Shown piece after piece: positions 19,500 to 30,731 of a DNA stretch of 64,000 nucleotides (its first letter is position 1; each line of letters opens with the position of its first letter). The stretch lies in the NCBI GenBank assembly GCA_963842535.1, contig CAWJGP010000008.1, positions 26,190 through 90,189 of the forward strand, given 5' to 3'. The position numbers were made by a program, and so were the translations under genes. This DNA is from an uncultured Actinomycetota bacterium. Its GTDB lineage: Bacteria; Actinomycetota; Actinomycetes; Propionibacteriales; Nocardioidaceae. The notes beneath the pieces are model-generated. The model was given only the letters and a program-made list of their open reading frames with translations. It made no database searches and was not told the DNA's origin.

Positions 19500-20677
19500 C
19501 AGACCCCTTCGCTCATCGTTCGACCACCTTGCACGGTGACCCTACGGAACCCCCGGAGCACGAACGTGCCCCGGCTCTCCGGCTCGCCGGCCAGGCCCAG
19601 GTCGGGGAACCTCGCGAACAGCGCGTCCAGCGACTCGACCAGCTCCATCCGGGCGAGCGGAGCACCCAGGCAGAAGTGCACGCCGGCGCCGAAGGCGAGG
19701 TGCGGGTTCGGGTCGCGCGCCGGGTCGAAGCTGTCCGCCTCCGCGAAGACGGCGGCGTCGCGGTTGGCGGCCCCGAGCAGTGCGGAGATCTTCTGGCCCT
19801 CCTCGATCGTCACGCCCGCGACCTCCACGGACTCTGTCGCCGTCCGCTCGAAGAGCTGGAGCGCAGAGTCGAACCGCAGCATCTCCTCGACAGTGGTTGC
19901 CAGGTCGGGCCCGGGGTGCAGGCCGCGCGAGAGCAGGGCGACCAGGCCGTTGCCGAAGACGTTCACCGAGGCCTCGTGGCCGGCGTTGAGCAGCAGCACG
20001 ACGGCCGCGACCAGCTCGTCGTCGCTCAGTCCGGCTGCCAGCAGGTCGGTGGTGAGGTCCTCACCGGGTTCGGTGCGTCGCCGGTCGAGGTGCTCGCGCA
20101 CGTGGTCGGCGAACTGACCCGCGGCCGCCACCGCGTCGTCGACCACCTCCTGCGAGGGCGACGGCTCGTACATCCGCACGATCGCCTGCGACCAGCCGCG
20201 CAGCGCCGGCACGTCCGCGCCGGAGAGCCCGATCAGCTCGGCGATGACCAGGACGGGCAGCGGCTCGGCGTACTCCCCGATGACGTCGAAGCCCGACGGG
20301 TCCACCTCGGAGAGCAGCGACTCGGCCAAAGACTGCACGCGCGGACGCAGCCGCTCGACGTGCCCGCGGTTGAAAGCGCCGGCGACCGCGCGCCGCAGCC
20401 GGGTGTGCTCGGGAGGCTCGTTCTCCATCATCTGGTTGCGGTGGAGCAGGTTGAACGGCTCCAGGTAGGCGGCCGGCTCACGGTCGCGCCAGATGCGGCC
20501 GAGTCGACGGTTGCGCAATACCGACCCCGCGGCTGCGTGCGAGAAGGTGAGCCAGCTGCCGCTCGGTTCGTGCCAGGCCACCTGGTGTCGACTGCGCTCG
20601 CGCGCGAAGTGGGGGTAGGGGTCCGCGACGACGTCGGCCGCGCTCAGGTCAATCGAGGTCGTGGGGGCCGAAGGCAT
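19499..20677 (-). CDS. Cytochrome P450 (CYP107-like)
   Basis: DPYP, EPPEHTRLR, I-helix NAGHEAS, ExxR (EEMLRFD), heme ligand FGAGVHFCLG. Confidence 0.95.
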   Translation of the reverse strand: MPSAPTTSIDLSAADVVADPYPHFARERSRHQVAWHEPSGSWLTFSHAAAGSVLRNRRLGRIWRDREPAAYLEPFNLLHRNQMMENEPPEHTRLRRAVAGAFNRGHVERLRPRVQSLAESLLSEVDPSGFDVIGEYAEPLPVLVIAELIGLSGADVPALRGWSQAIVRMYEPSPSQEVVDDAVAAAGQFADHVREHLDRRRTEPGEDLTTDLLAAGLSDDELVAAVVLLLNAGHEASVNVFGNGLVALLSRGLHPGPDLATTVEEMLRFDSALQLFERTATESVEVAGVTIEEGQKISALLGAANRDAAVFAEADSFDPARDPNPHLAFGAGVHFCLGAPLARMELVESLDALFARFPDLGLAGEPESRGTFVLRGFRRVTVQGGRTMSEGV

Positions 20678-21068
20678 CCGGCAGCACCTCGTCCATGCGG
20701 CGTACGCCCGAGACGGTGAGCAGCAGCAGCTCGGGCCCGCCGTTCTCGATCAGCAGCTGGCGGCAGCGCCCGCACGGCATGATCACCTCGGACCTGCCGT
20801 TGACGCAGACCGCGTGGGTCAGCCGGCCGCCGCCGGTGATGTGCAGCTGGGAGACCATCCCGCACTCCGCGCACAGAGCGACGCCGTACGCCGCGTTCTC
20901 CACGTTGCAGCCGGCCACGACCCGGCCGTCGTCGACGAGCGCGGCAGCGCCCACCGGGAAGTTCGAGTACGGCGCGTAGGCATGGGTCATCGCCTCCCGG
21001 GCCGCGTCGAGCAGGACGTCCCAGTCGAACTCCTGATCGGAGCCTCGCTCGGACTCTGGCACGGTCAC
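20649..21068 (-). CDS. cdd: Cytidine deaminase
   Basis: AYAPYSNFPVGAA, GCNVENA, CAE, MPCGRCRQ. Confidence 0.96.
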   Translation of the reverse strand: MTVPESERGSDQEFDWDVLLDAAREAMTHAYAPYSNFPVGAAALVDDGRVVAGCNVENAAYGVALCAECGMVSQLHITGGGRLTHAVCVNGRSEVIMPCGRCRQLLIENGGPELLLLTVSGVRRMDEVLPDAFGPHDLD

Positions 21069-22333
21069 CCTGCCTGGCCGCGGCGATATCGCACGCCGTC
21101 GGCCTTGGGCATTCGTAGTCGCTGCGAGGCCAGGGACAGCACGAGCAAGGTGGTGAGGTAGGGCGTCATGCCGGTGAAGTCGCCTGGAATCTCGTCGGTG
21201 GTCAGGTAGAGCACGATCAGGCCCACGCCGATGACCAGGCTGGACACCGCCTGGAACCTGCTGCTGCCGCGGTAGGTGAGCCAGGCCGCCAGCAGCACCA
21301 GGATCACCCCGATCAGCAGCAGGAGTGCGTGCACGGACTCACCGCCGCTGCGCAGCCGCAACGCGTCGGTGTAGCCGAAGAGGCCGGCGCCGAGCAGCAG
21401 GCCACCGGGCCTCCAGTTGCCGAAGATCATCGCGGCGAGGCCGATGTAGCCGCGTCCGCCGGTCTGACCGTCGCGGTAGACCGAGGCGTCCTCCACGAGG
21501 AAGGCGCCACCCAGTCCGGCGCAGGCGCCGGAGATGATGACCGCGATGTACTTGTACTTGTAGACGTTGACGCCGAGGGTCTCCGCGGCCGTGGGGCTCT
21601 CGCCGCACGATCGGACCCGCAGCCCGAAGGTGGTCCGCCAGAGCAGCCACCAGGTCAGCACGAAGAGCGCCAGGCCCAGCACGGTGAGCATGGACAACCG
21701 CGTGGCGAAGCCGCCCACGACTGCGGCCAGGTCGGAGATGAAGAACCATCCCTTGTCCTCGATGCCCTTGGCAGCATCGGCAAGACCGGGGATGTCGAAG
21801 GTCGGCAGCGGTTTCACCGGCGGGGACTGGGTAGGGCCACCACCGGGCTTCCCGGTGAACGCGATGTCGGCGAGATACTGAGCAGCGCCGAGCGCGATGA
21901 TGTTGATGGCCACGCCGGACACGATGTGGTCCACACCGAAGCCCACGCAGGCGATCGCGTGCAGGAGACCGGCCAGGGCGCCGAAGAACAGCGCGAAGGC
22001 GACACCTGCCCACATCCCCCACTGGTAGCCCGCGAACCCGGCGCCGAAGGTGCCCATGATCAGCATGCCCTCGAGCCCGATGTTGACCACGCCCGAGCGC
22101 TCGGACCACAGGCCGCCGAGACCGGCGAGTGCGATCGGCATGGCGGCGCGGATCGCCGCCCGGATCGTGCCGGACGAGGCGACGTCATCTGCGCCGGTGA
22201 TCACCCGCAGGGTCGCCAGCAGCACGATCACGCCGGCGATCGCGAGCAATATCCACGGCCAGGTGAACCGGAACTTGTCCCCGGACGGTGCTGCGGGCGT
22301 CTCGACCGGAGCCGATGCAGCGGGAGCCACCAT
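21065..22333 (-). CDS. Nucleoside ABC transporter permease
   Basis: SERSGVVNIGLEG, LRVRSCGESP, GRGYIGLAAMIFG, multiple TM helices. Confidence 0.92.
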   Translation of the reverse strand: MVAPAASAPVETPAAPSGDKFRFTWPWILLAIAGVIVLLATLRVITGADDVASSGTIRAAIRAAMPIALAGLGGLWSERSGVVNIGLEGMLIMGTFGAGFAGYQWGMWAGVAFALFFGALAGLLHAIACVGFGVDHIVSGVAINIIALGAAQYLADIAFTGKPGGGPTQSPPVKPLPTFDIPGLADAAKGIEDKGWFFISDLAAVVGGFATRLSMLTVLGLALFVLTWWLLWRTTFGLRVRSCGESPTAAETLGVNVYKYKYIAVIISGACAGLGGAFLVEDASVYRDGQTGGRGYIGLAAMIFGNWRPGGLLLGAGLFGYTDALRLRSGGESVHALLLLIGVILVLLAAWLTYRGSSRFQAVSSLVIGVGLIVLYLTTDEIPGDFTGMTPYLTTLLVLSLASQRLRMPKADGVRYRRGQAG

Positions 22334-22334
22334 C

Positions 22335-23437
22335 TCAGCTCACCCCCTCGGGTGCCGGGGCCGCAGTCCTCGACTCGGCCAGCTGCTGGGCGACCTTGCG
22401 TTGCTCGGCAGCGGTGTTGACGCGTCGTACGACTTCGTAGGCGATCACCACGGAGAGCACGATCACGCCCTGGATGATGTTCACGATCTCGTCGGAGACA
22501 CCGGCCCGGATCTGCAAGGGGTTGGACTGCTCGTTGAGGAACGCGAAGAGCAGGGCACCGAAACCGATCCCGATCGGGTGGTTGCGACCGAGCAGAGCGA
22601 CGGCGATGCCGGCGAAGCCCAGGCCGGGCTGGAACGTGACGCCGTAGGAGTAGGAGTCGCCGAACAGCAGCGGCATCCCGATCAGGCCGGCGATCGCGCC
22701 ACTGATCAGCATCGAGTAGACGGTCATCCGGCCGACGCTGATGCCTGCCGCCACAGCAGCCGACTCGGACTGACCGGTGGCCCGCAGGTTGAAGCCGAAG
22801 CGGGTGCGTCCGAGCAGCAGCCAGTAGAAGAGTCCGGCGAGAACGGCAAGCAGCGCCATCGTGTAGATGTTGTTGGTGGCATTGGGGATGAGGTCGAACC
22901 CCTTCAGCCTGCTGCTCTCCGGGATCGGCGTCGTGGTGATGTTGTTGCTCCCCCCGACCGCTACCTTGCGGAGCAGGAAGGCCACCACAGCAGTGGCGAT
23001 CGCGTTGAGCATGATCGTGGAGATCACCTCACTGACGCCCCGCGTGACCCGCAGCAGGCCTGCGATCCCGGCCCACATCGCGCCCACACACATCGCCACG
23101 AACACCGCGAGGATGATGTTGAGGAAGCCCGGCAGCCAGGCCTCACCCGCCACCCAGGCCGCGACGAACGCGGCGATGCGGTACTGGCCGTCGACACCGA
23201 TGTTGAACAGGTTCATCCGGAAGCCGACCGCCGCCGCGAGTGCGGAGAGGTACAGCACCGAGCCTGAGTTGATGATGTTCACCATGTTGCGTGGCCCGGG
23301 GACGCTGAAGATCGTGTCCCAGACCGCGCCGACCGGGTCGCCGGCGGCCAGCAGGATGATCGTGGTGACGAGGAGCGCGAACACGATCGCGAGGAAGGGC
23401 GCGGCGACGGTCAGCGCGAGCTGTCTCGGGTCGAACT

Positions 23438-23441
<4 letters not shown>
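22335..23441 (-). CDS. Nucleoside ABC transporter permease
   Basis: NLFNIGVDGQY, EVISTIMLN, GFNLRATG, GFAGIAVALLGRNHP. Confidence 0.92.
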
Positions 23442-24975
<1,534 letters not shown>

Positions 24976-25018
24976 GTCAGCTCCTCCTCACAGCCCGCTC
25001 CACGGTCTCGACAGACCA

Positions 25019-25058
25019 TGAGCCCGGGACGCACGCTACCGCGTCCGTCCCGGGCTCA
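25019..25058 (-). terminator. Intercistronic stem-loop after the binding-protein gene
   Basis: 13-bp perfect stem TGAGCCCGGGACG (25019-25031) / CGTCCCGGGCTCA (25046-25058). No U-tract, so it may stabilise mRNA rather than terminate. Confidence 0.65.
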
Positions 25059-25090
25059 CGCTAGTCCTGTTACGCGTCAGCGCAGCAGGG

Positions 25091-26128
25091 TCATTCCGAG
25101 GGAACCTCGATCTCCCCTGAGATGATCTTCTCCTTGAACTCGTCGATCTGGGCGGCGATGTCGTCGACCTGACCGCCGGTCTTGGAGTAGTCCACACCGC
25201 CGGCCTCGAGGTCGAAGACGATCGGGCCACTCTGGGTGTCGTCGTCCACGAAGCTCTTGATGTAGTCGTAGACCGCGACGTCGACCTTCTTCAGCATCGA
25301 GGTCATCACCACCGGCTGCAGGTCCGGCGGCACGGTGTTGTACTGGTCGGAGTCGACACCGATGCCGAGGCCCTTGGCGGCCTTGGCAGCCTGGAACACA
25401 CCCAGGCCCGAGCCACCCGCGGCGTGGAAGACCACGTCAGCGCCACCGTCGAACATGCCCTCGGCGGCGGTCCGGCCCTTGGCCGGGTCACCGAATCCGG
25501 AGAAGTCCGGCGGCTGGGTCAGGTAGGTCGACTGGATCTTGATGTTCGGGTCGACCGCTTCGACGCCGGCCTTGAACCCCGCCTCGAACTTCTTGATCAG
25601 CGGGACGTTGACGCCACCGACGAATCCGACGCTCTTCTTCTTGGACTTCAACGCGGCTGCGACGCCGACGAGGAAGGAGCCTTCGTGCTCGGTGAACACC
25701 AGGTTGGCGACGTTGTCGCCCTTGGCGTCCTCACTGTCGATGAGACCGAACTGAGTGTCGGGGAACTGCGGCGCGACCTTGGTGACGGCCGGTGCATAGG
25801 CGAAGCCCACGGCGATCACCGGGTTGAAACCGGCCTCGGCCATCTGGATCAGTCGCTCTTCACGTGCCGACTCCGGCTCACCGTCCGCTGCCTCGGACTC
25901 CTGCGGTTCCACATCGAACTCGGTCTTGGCCTTGTCCAGGCCAGCTGCCGCAGCGTCGTTGAAGGACTGGTCACCACGGCCACCGACGTCGTACGCCAGC
26001 CCGACCTTGACTTTGTCTCCCCCGCCGGTGTCGGTCTTGGCGTCACCGCTCTCGGGGTCGTCGCCGCAGCCCGCGAGTAGCAGCGACAACGCTGCGATGG
26101 CTACTGAGATCTTGCTTAGCTTGCGCAA
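25091..26128 (-). CDS. BMP family nucleoside-binding lipoprotein
   Basis: Lipobox LLLAGC, GGRGDQSFND, EHEGSFLVG, GVDSDQY, SMLKKVD. TTG start follows GAGGAGG. Confidence 0.93.
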   Translation of the reverse strand: MRKLSKISVAIAALSLLLAGCGDDPESGDAKTDTGGGDKVKVGLAYDVGGRGDQSFNDAAAAGLDKAKTEFDVEPQESEAADGEPESAREERLIQMAEAGFNPVIAVGFAYAPAVTKVAPQFPDTQFGLIDSEDAKGDNVANLVFTEHEGSFLVGVAAALKSKKKSVGFVGGVNVPLIKKFEAGFKAGVEAVDPNIKIQSTYLTQPPDFSGFGDPAKGRTAAEGMFDGGADVVFHAAGGSGLGVFQAAKAAKGLGIGVDSDQYNTVPPDLQPVVMTSMLKKVDVAVYDYIKSFVDDDTQSGPIVFDLEAGGVDYSKTGGQVDDIAAQIDEFKEKIISGEIEVPSE

Positions 26129-26300
26129 GATTCCTCCTCATGGTTGGTATCGCACCGCGAAGACACGGAGCCGATTCATCGGCACCCTAGTGCGGGCGCG
26201 ACTCCGCGGAGTAGAGGTGGAGGTCCATTTTCAGGTTCGTTACAAGGTAGTGACCAAGGCGGCTAGTCCAGCGGCGCTGCGAACGCGGTCAGCGGTCTAC

Positions 26301-27494
26301 TCAGCGGGCGGTGAGCGCGTGGATGGCCGCGGCCGCCAGCACCTTCGCCGCGATCGGCACGGCCCGCTCGTCCACCCTCAGGTCACCCTGGTGCAGGTCG
26401 TACGTCGGGCCGCCGGGGGTGCGGGTGCCCAGCCGGGCCATCGCACCCGGCACGCTGTCGAGGTACCACGCGAAGTCCTCGCCGCCCAGACTCTGCGAGG
26501 TGGCGACGTGACCCTCCTCGCCGAGGATGGCCTCCACTGCGTGGCCGAGCAGCACGGTGGAGCGGTGCTCGTTGACCACGGGGGGCACGCCGCGGACGTA
26601 GGTGACGGTCGGCACCACACCGTACGGCTCGACGATCTGGTCGATCGTGTCCCGGATCAGCTCCTCGGCGTCGACCCAGGCGACGGCGTCGAGCATCCGG
26701 ACGGTGCCACCCGCGCGGCCGGTCGCCGGGATGACGTTGACCGCGGACCCGGCGCGAACCATGCCCCACACGACGCTGACCCCGGCGCGCGGGTCGAGCC
26801 GGCGGGACAGGACGGCGGGTAGCTCGGTGACCAGCTTGCCCAGCGCGAAGGTGAGGTCCTCGGTGAGGTGTGGTCGCGACGTGTGCCCGCCCTTTCCGGA
26901 GAGCAGCACGTCGAGGTGGTCGGCGGCGCCCGTCAGCGGACCCTCGCGCAGGCCCACCGTGCCGACGTCGAGGCCGGGGTCGGCGTGCAGCCCGAAGATC
27001 CGTGAGACGCCGTCCAGGGCGCCCGCCTCGATCGCCATCAGGGCGCCCCCCGGCATGATCTCCTCGGCCGGCTGGAAGACCAGCCGGACGCGGCCAGGGA
27101 GCTCGTCGGCGATGGCTGCGAGCGCCAGCCCTGCGCCGACCAACGAGGAGGCGTGGACGTCGTGCCCGCAGGCGTGGGCGACACCCGCGACGGTGCTCGC
27201 CCAGGGGTCGTCGGTCCGGTCCTCGACGGGGAGCGCGTCGAGGTCGGCACGCAGCGCGACGACGGGCCCGGGACCCGAGCCGATGTCCACGAGAAGACCG
27301 TTGCGCGGCAGTGCCCGTGGCGTGAGGCCGGCCTCGTCGAGCCGCTTGGCGATGACCGTCGAGGTCCGTTCCTCGGCCCAGGACAGCTCCGGGTGCGCAT
27401 GCAGGTCACGACGGAGCTCGATCAGCTCCGGAGCAAGCAGGTCGACCTCGGACCGGGCTCGGGCAAGGTGGGGAATGATGGGCGAAGTCGACAC
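26301..27494 (-). CDS. M20 family amidohydrolase
   Basis: RRDLHAHPELS, LRADLDALP, HACGHDVH, FQPAEE, GGHTSRPH, GGEDF. Confidence 0.92.
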   Translation of the reverse strand: MSTSPIIPHLARARSEVDLLAPELIELRRDLHAHPELSWAEERTSTVIAKRLDEAGLTPRALPRNGLLVDIGSGPGPVVALRADLDALPVEDRTDDPWASTVAGVAHACGHDVHASSLVGAGLALAAIADELPGRVRLVFQPAEEIMPGGALMAIEAGALDGVSRIFGLHADPGLDVGTVGLREGPLTGAADHLDVLLSGKGGHTSRPHLTEDLTFALGKLVTELPAVLSRRLDPRAGVSVVWGMVRAGSAVNVIPATGRAGGTVRMLDAVAWVDAEELIRDTIDQIVEPYGVVPTVTYVRGVPPVVNEHRSTVLLGHAVEAILGEEGHVATSQSLGGEDFAWYLDSVPGAMARLGTRTPGGPTYDLHQGDLRVDERAVPIAAKVLAAAAIHALTAR

Positions 27495-27555
27495 AACCGA
27501 CAAGATTACCGGTCTCCGGCTCCTCCCGAGGACGCCTGTCCGAACAGGGCGCGAG

Positions 27556-28566
27556 TCAGTCCTCGTCCTCCCGGTCCCCGTCATTCCGATCTTCGTCGTA
27601 CGCCGCCACGAGGCGGTCGGCGGCCAGTGGTGCTGTCAGCTCGCCGGCGAGCAGCTCACGTCGTACGTCGTCACGGATCGCGCGCACCCCGGGTGAGCGC
27701 CGGAGCCGTTGGGCGAGCACGTCGCGCACGATCGCCCAGGTGAACTCCAGCTGCTGCTCGGCTCGCTTGTCGGCGAGGCCTTGCTCCCCCAGCGAGTCGC
27801 GGTGCCCGAGCACCCGTTCCCAGACCTTGTCCACGTCGGTGCCGTGCAGGCCGGAGCAGGTGAGCACCGGCGGCACCCAGCCGTCGCCGGAGGAGTGCAC
27901 CAGTCGCAGTGCGCCGGCCAGCTCCTTGGCCGCGGACTCCGCCTCGGCCGCGCGGTCGCCGTCAGCCTTGTTCACCGCGATCACGTCGGCGATCTCGAGG
28001 ATCCCCTTCTTGATGCCCTGGAGCTGGTCGCCGGTGCGCGCGATGGTCAGGAACAGGAACGTGTCGACCATGCCCGCGACGGTGACCTCCGACTGGCCGA
28101 CTCCCACCGTCTCCACGAGGATCACGTCGTACCCGGCAGCCTCGAGCACGATCATCGCCTGGGTGGTCGCCCGGGCGACGCCGCCGAGCGTCCCCGCTGT
28201 CGGGGACGGGCGGATGTAGGCGTCGGGGTTGGCCGAGAGCTTCGCCATCCGGGTCTTGTCGCCGAGCACGGACCCGCCGGTGCGCACCGAGGACGGGTCG
28301 ACCGCGAGCACCCCCACCGTCTTGCCCTGCCCGGTGAGGTGCTCGCCGAGGGTCTCGATGAACGTCGACTTGCCGACGCCGGGAACTCCGGAGATCCCCA
28401 CCCTGACTGTTCCGGGGTCACTGGAGGTCAGCTCCGTCAGCAGCTCGCGTGCGGTCGCCTGGTGGTCCGGGCGGGCCGACTCGACCAGCGTGATCGCCCG
28501 GGACACCGAGGCGCGCTTTCCCGCGCGGACTCCCTCGACGAGCTCGTCGACGTCGTAGGCGGCCAT
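27556..28566 (-). CDS. meaB: Methylmalonyl-CoA mutase-associated GTPase
   Basis: GVPGVGKST, AVDPSS, GDKTRM, ETVGVGQSE, QGIKKG, NKAD. Confidence 0.95.
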   Translation of the reverse strand: MAAYDVDELVEGVRAGKRASVSRAITLVESARPDHQATARELLTELTSSDPGTVRVGISGVPGVGKSTFIETLGEHLTGQGKTVGVLAVDPSSVRTGGSVLGDKTRMAKLSANPDAYIRPSPTAGTLGGVARATTQAMIVLEAAGYDVILVETVGVGQSEVTVAGMVDTFLFLTIARTGDQLQGIKKGILEIADVIAVNKADGDRAAEAESAAKELAGALRLVHSSGDGWVPPVLTCSGLHGTDVDKVWERVLGHRDSLGEQGLADKRAEQQLEFTWAIVRDVLAQRLRRSPGVRAIRDDVRRELLAGELTAPLAADRLVAAYDEDRNDGDREDED

Positions 28567-30731
28567 CAGGCGGTCGCGTGGCCCAGCTGTGCGGAGAGCT
28601 TGTCGAGCAGCTCGAGCGCAGCCACGGCGATGACCGTGCCCGGCCCGAACACGGCGGCGGCACCCATCTCCTTCAGCGTGGGTACGTCGTCGGGCGGGAT
28701 CACACCACCGACCACGATCATCACGTCCTCGCCACCGAGGTCGGCAAGGGCCTCCTTGAGCGCGGGGACCAGGGTGAGGTGACCGGCGGCCAGCGAGTTC
28801 ACCCCGACGATGTGCACGTCCGCGTCGACCGCCTGCTGGGCGACCTCCTCGGGCGTGGAGAAGAGCGGACCCACGTCGACGTCGAAGCCCATGTCGGCGA
28901 AGGCGGTGACGATGACCTTCTGCCCGCGGTCGTGGCCGTCCTGGCCCATCTTGGCGACCAGGATGCGCGGCCGACGTCCTTCGTCCTCGGCGAACTGCTC
29001 GGTGGCGGCGAGCACCTTCTCCATGGCCTCGTTCGACCCTGACTCGCGCTTGTACACACCCGAGATCGTACGGATCACGGCACGGTGCCGGCCGTAGACC
29101 TTCTCGAGCGCATCGGAGATCTCACCGACTGTCGCCTTGGCGCGCGCGGCGTCCACCCCGAGCGCCAGCAGGTTGCCGTCGAGCGAGCCGTGCACGTGTC
29201 CGTCCTCGGCCGACCTGGTGAGCGCGTTCAGCGTGCGCTCGACCTCCTCCGAGTCGCGTTCCTCGCGCAGCCGCTCGAGCTTGGCCAGCTGCTGCTTGTA
29301 GACGCTCGCGTTGTCCACGCGGAGTACGTCCAGCTGGTCTTCGTCGGCGAGCCGGTAGGTGTTCACCCCGACCAGCTTCTGGGCGCCCGAGTCGAGCCGC
29401 GCCTGGGTGCGGGCGGCCGCCTCCTCGATGCGCATCTTCGGCAGCCCCTCCTCGATCGCCTTGGCCATGCCGCCGTGCTGCTCGGCCTCCTGGATGTGCG
29501 CCCAGGCGCGCTCGGCGAGATCGTGGGTGAGCCGCTCGACGTAGTAGGAGCCGGCCCAGGGGTCGATGGTGCCCGTCGTTCCCGACTCCTGCTGCAGCAG
29601 GAGCTGGGTGTTGCGTGCGATCCGCGCAGAGAAGTCGGTCGGCAGCGCGATCGCCTCGTCGAGGGCGTTGGTGTGCAGCGACTGGGTGTGGCCCTGAGTC
29701 GCGGCCATCGCCTCGATGCAGGTGCGCTGGACGTTGTTGAACACGTCCTGCGCAGTCAGCGACCAGCCGGAGGTCTGGCTGTGGGTGCGCAGCGAGAGCG
29801 ACTTCGGGTTCTGCGGCTCGAACTGGCTGACCAGCCGGGCCCAGAGGGCGCGTGCCGCCCGCATCTTGGCGACCTCCATGAAGAAGTTCATCCCGATGGC
29901 CCAGAAGAAGCTCAGCCGAGGGGCGAACTCGTCGATGGTCAGGCCCGCGTCCAGCCCCGCGCGGATGTACTCGACACCGTCGGCGAGCGTGTAGGCGAGC
30001 TCGAGGTCGGCCGTCGCCCCGGCCTCCTGGATGTGGTAGCCCGAGATCGAGATCGAGTTGAACCGCGGCATCTTCTGGGAGGTGTAGCCGAAGATGTCGC
30101 TGATGATCCGCATGCTCGGCTGCGGCGGGTAGATGTAGGTGTTGCGGACCATGAACTCCTTGAGGATGTCGTTCTGGATGGTCCCCGTGAGCTGTTCCGG
30201 CTTCACCCCCTGTTCCTCCGCGGCCGCGATGTAGAGCGCGAGCACCGGCAGCACCGCGCCGTTCATCGTCATGCTGACGCTCATCTCGTCGAGGGGGATG
30301 CCCTCGAAGAGCGTGCGGGCGTCGTAGATGGAGTCGATCGCGACACCGGCCATCCCGACGTCGCCCTTGACCCGTGGGTGGTCGGAGTCGTAGCCACGGT
30401 GGGTCGCCAGGTCAAAGGCGACGCTCAGCCCCTTCTGGCCAGCGGCCAGGTTGCGGCGGTAGAACGCGTTGGACTCCTCGGCGGTGGAGAACCCGGCGTA
30501 CTGGCGGACGGTCCACGGCTGGGTGGTGTACATCGTCGGGTAGGGGCCTCGTAGGAACGGCGCGAGCCCTGGATAGGTGTCCAGTGCGTCCAGACCCTCG
30601 AGGTGCTCGGGGCCGTAGACGGGCAGGATGCCGATGCCCTCGGGCGACTCCCACGTCTCCCCCTCGACGCGCTCCTTCGAGGTGACCTCGCCCGCAAGGG
30701 GCAGGTCGGCGAAGCTCTCCGGGATGCTCAT
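28566..30731 (-). CDS. mutB: Methylmalonyl-CoA mutase large (B12-binding) subunit
   Basis: [25 protein letters not shown], and the DGHDRG cobalamin motif (DxHxxG). Confidence 0.96.
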   Translation of the reverse strand: MSIPESFADLPLAGEVTSKERVEGETWESPEGIGILPVYGPEHLEGLDALDTYPGLAPFLRGPYPTMYTTQPWTVRQYAGFSTAEESNAFYRRNLAAGQKGLSVAFDLATHRGYDSDHPRVKGDVGMAGVAIDSIYDARTLFEGIPLDEMSVSMTMNGAVLPVLALYIAAAEEQGVKPEQLTGTIQNDILKEFMVRNTYIYPPQPSMRIISDIFGYTSQKMPRFNSISISGYHIQEAGATADLELAYTLADGVEYIRAGLDAGLTIDEFAPRLSFFWAIGMNFFMEVAKMRAARALWARLVSQFEPQNPKSLSLRTHSQTSGWSLTAQDVFNNVQRTCIEAMAATQGHTQSLHTNALDEAIALPTDFSARIARNTQLLLQQESGTTGTIDPWAGSYYVERLTHDLAERAWAHIQEAEQHGGMAKAIEEGLPKMRIEEAAARTQARLDSGAQKLVGVNTYRLADEDQLDVLRVDNASVYKQQLAKLERLREERDSEEVERTLNALTRSAEDGHVHGSLDGNLLALGVDAARAKATVGEISDALEKVYGRHRAVIRTISGVYKRESGSNEAMEKVLAATEQFAEDEGRRPRILVAKMGQDGHDRGQKVIVTAFADMGFDVDVGPLFSTPEEVAQQAVDADVHIVGVNSLAAGHLTLVPALKEALADLGGEDVMIVVGGVIPPDDVPTLKEMGAAAVFGPGTVIAVAALELLDKLSAQLGHATA

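Noticed and set aside
26262-26280. DasR (dre) site upstream of the BMP gene
   Set aside because: Only a partial match (TGGACTAG on the minus strand); the other half-site is absent.
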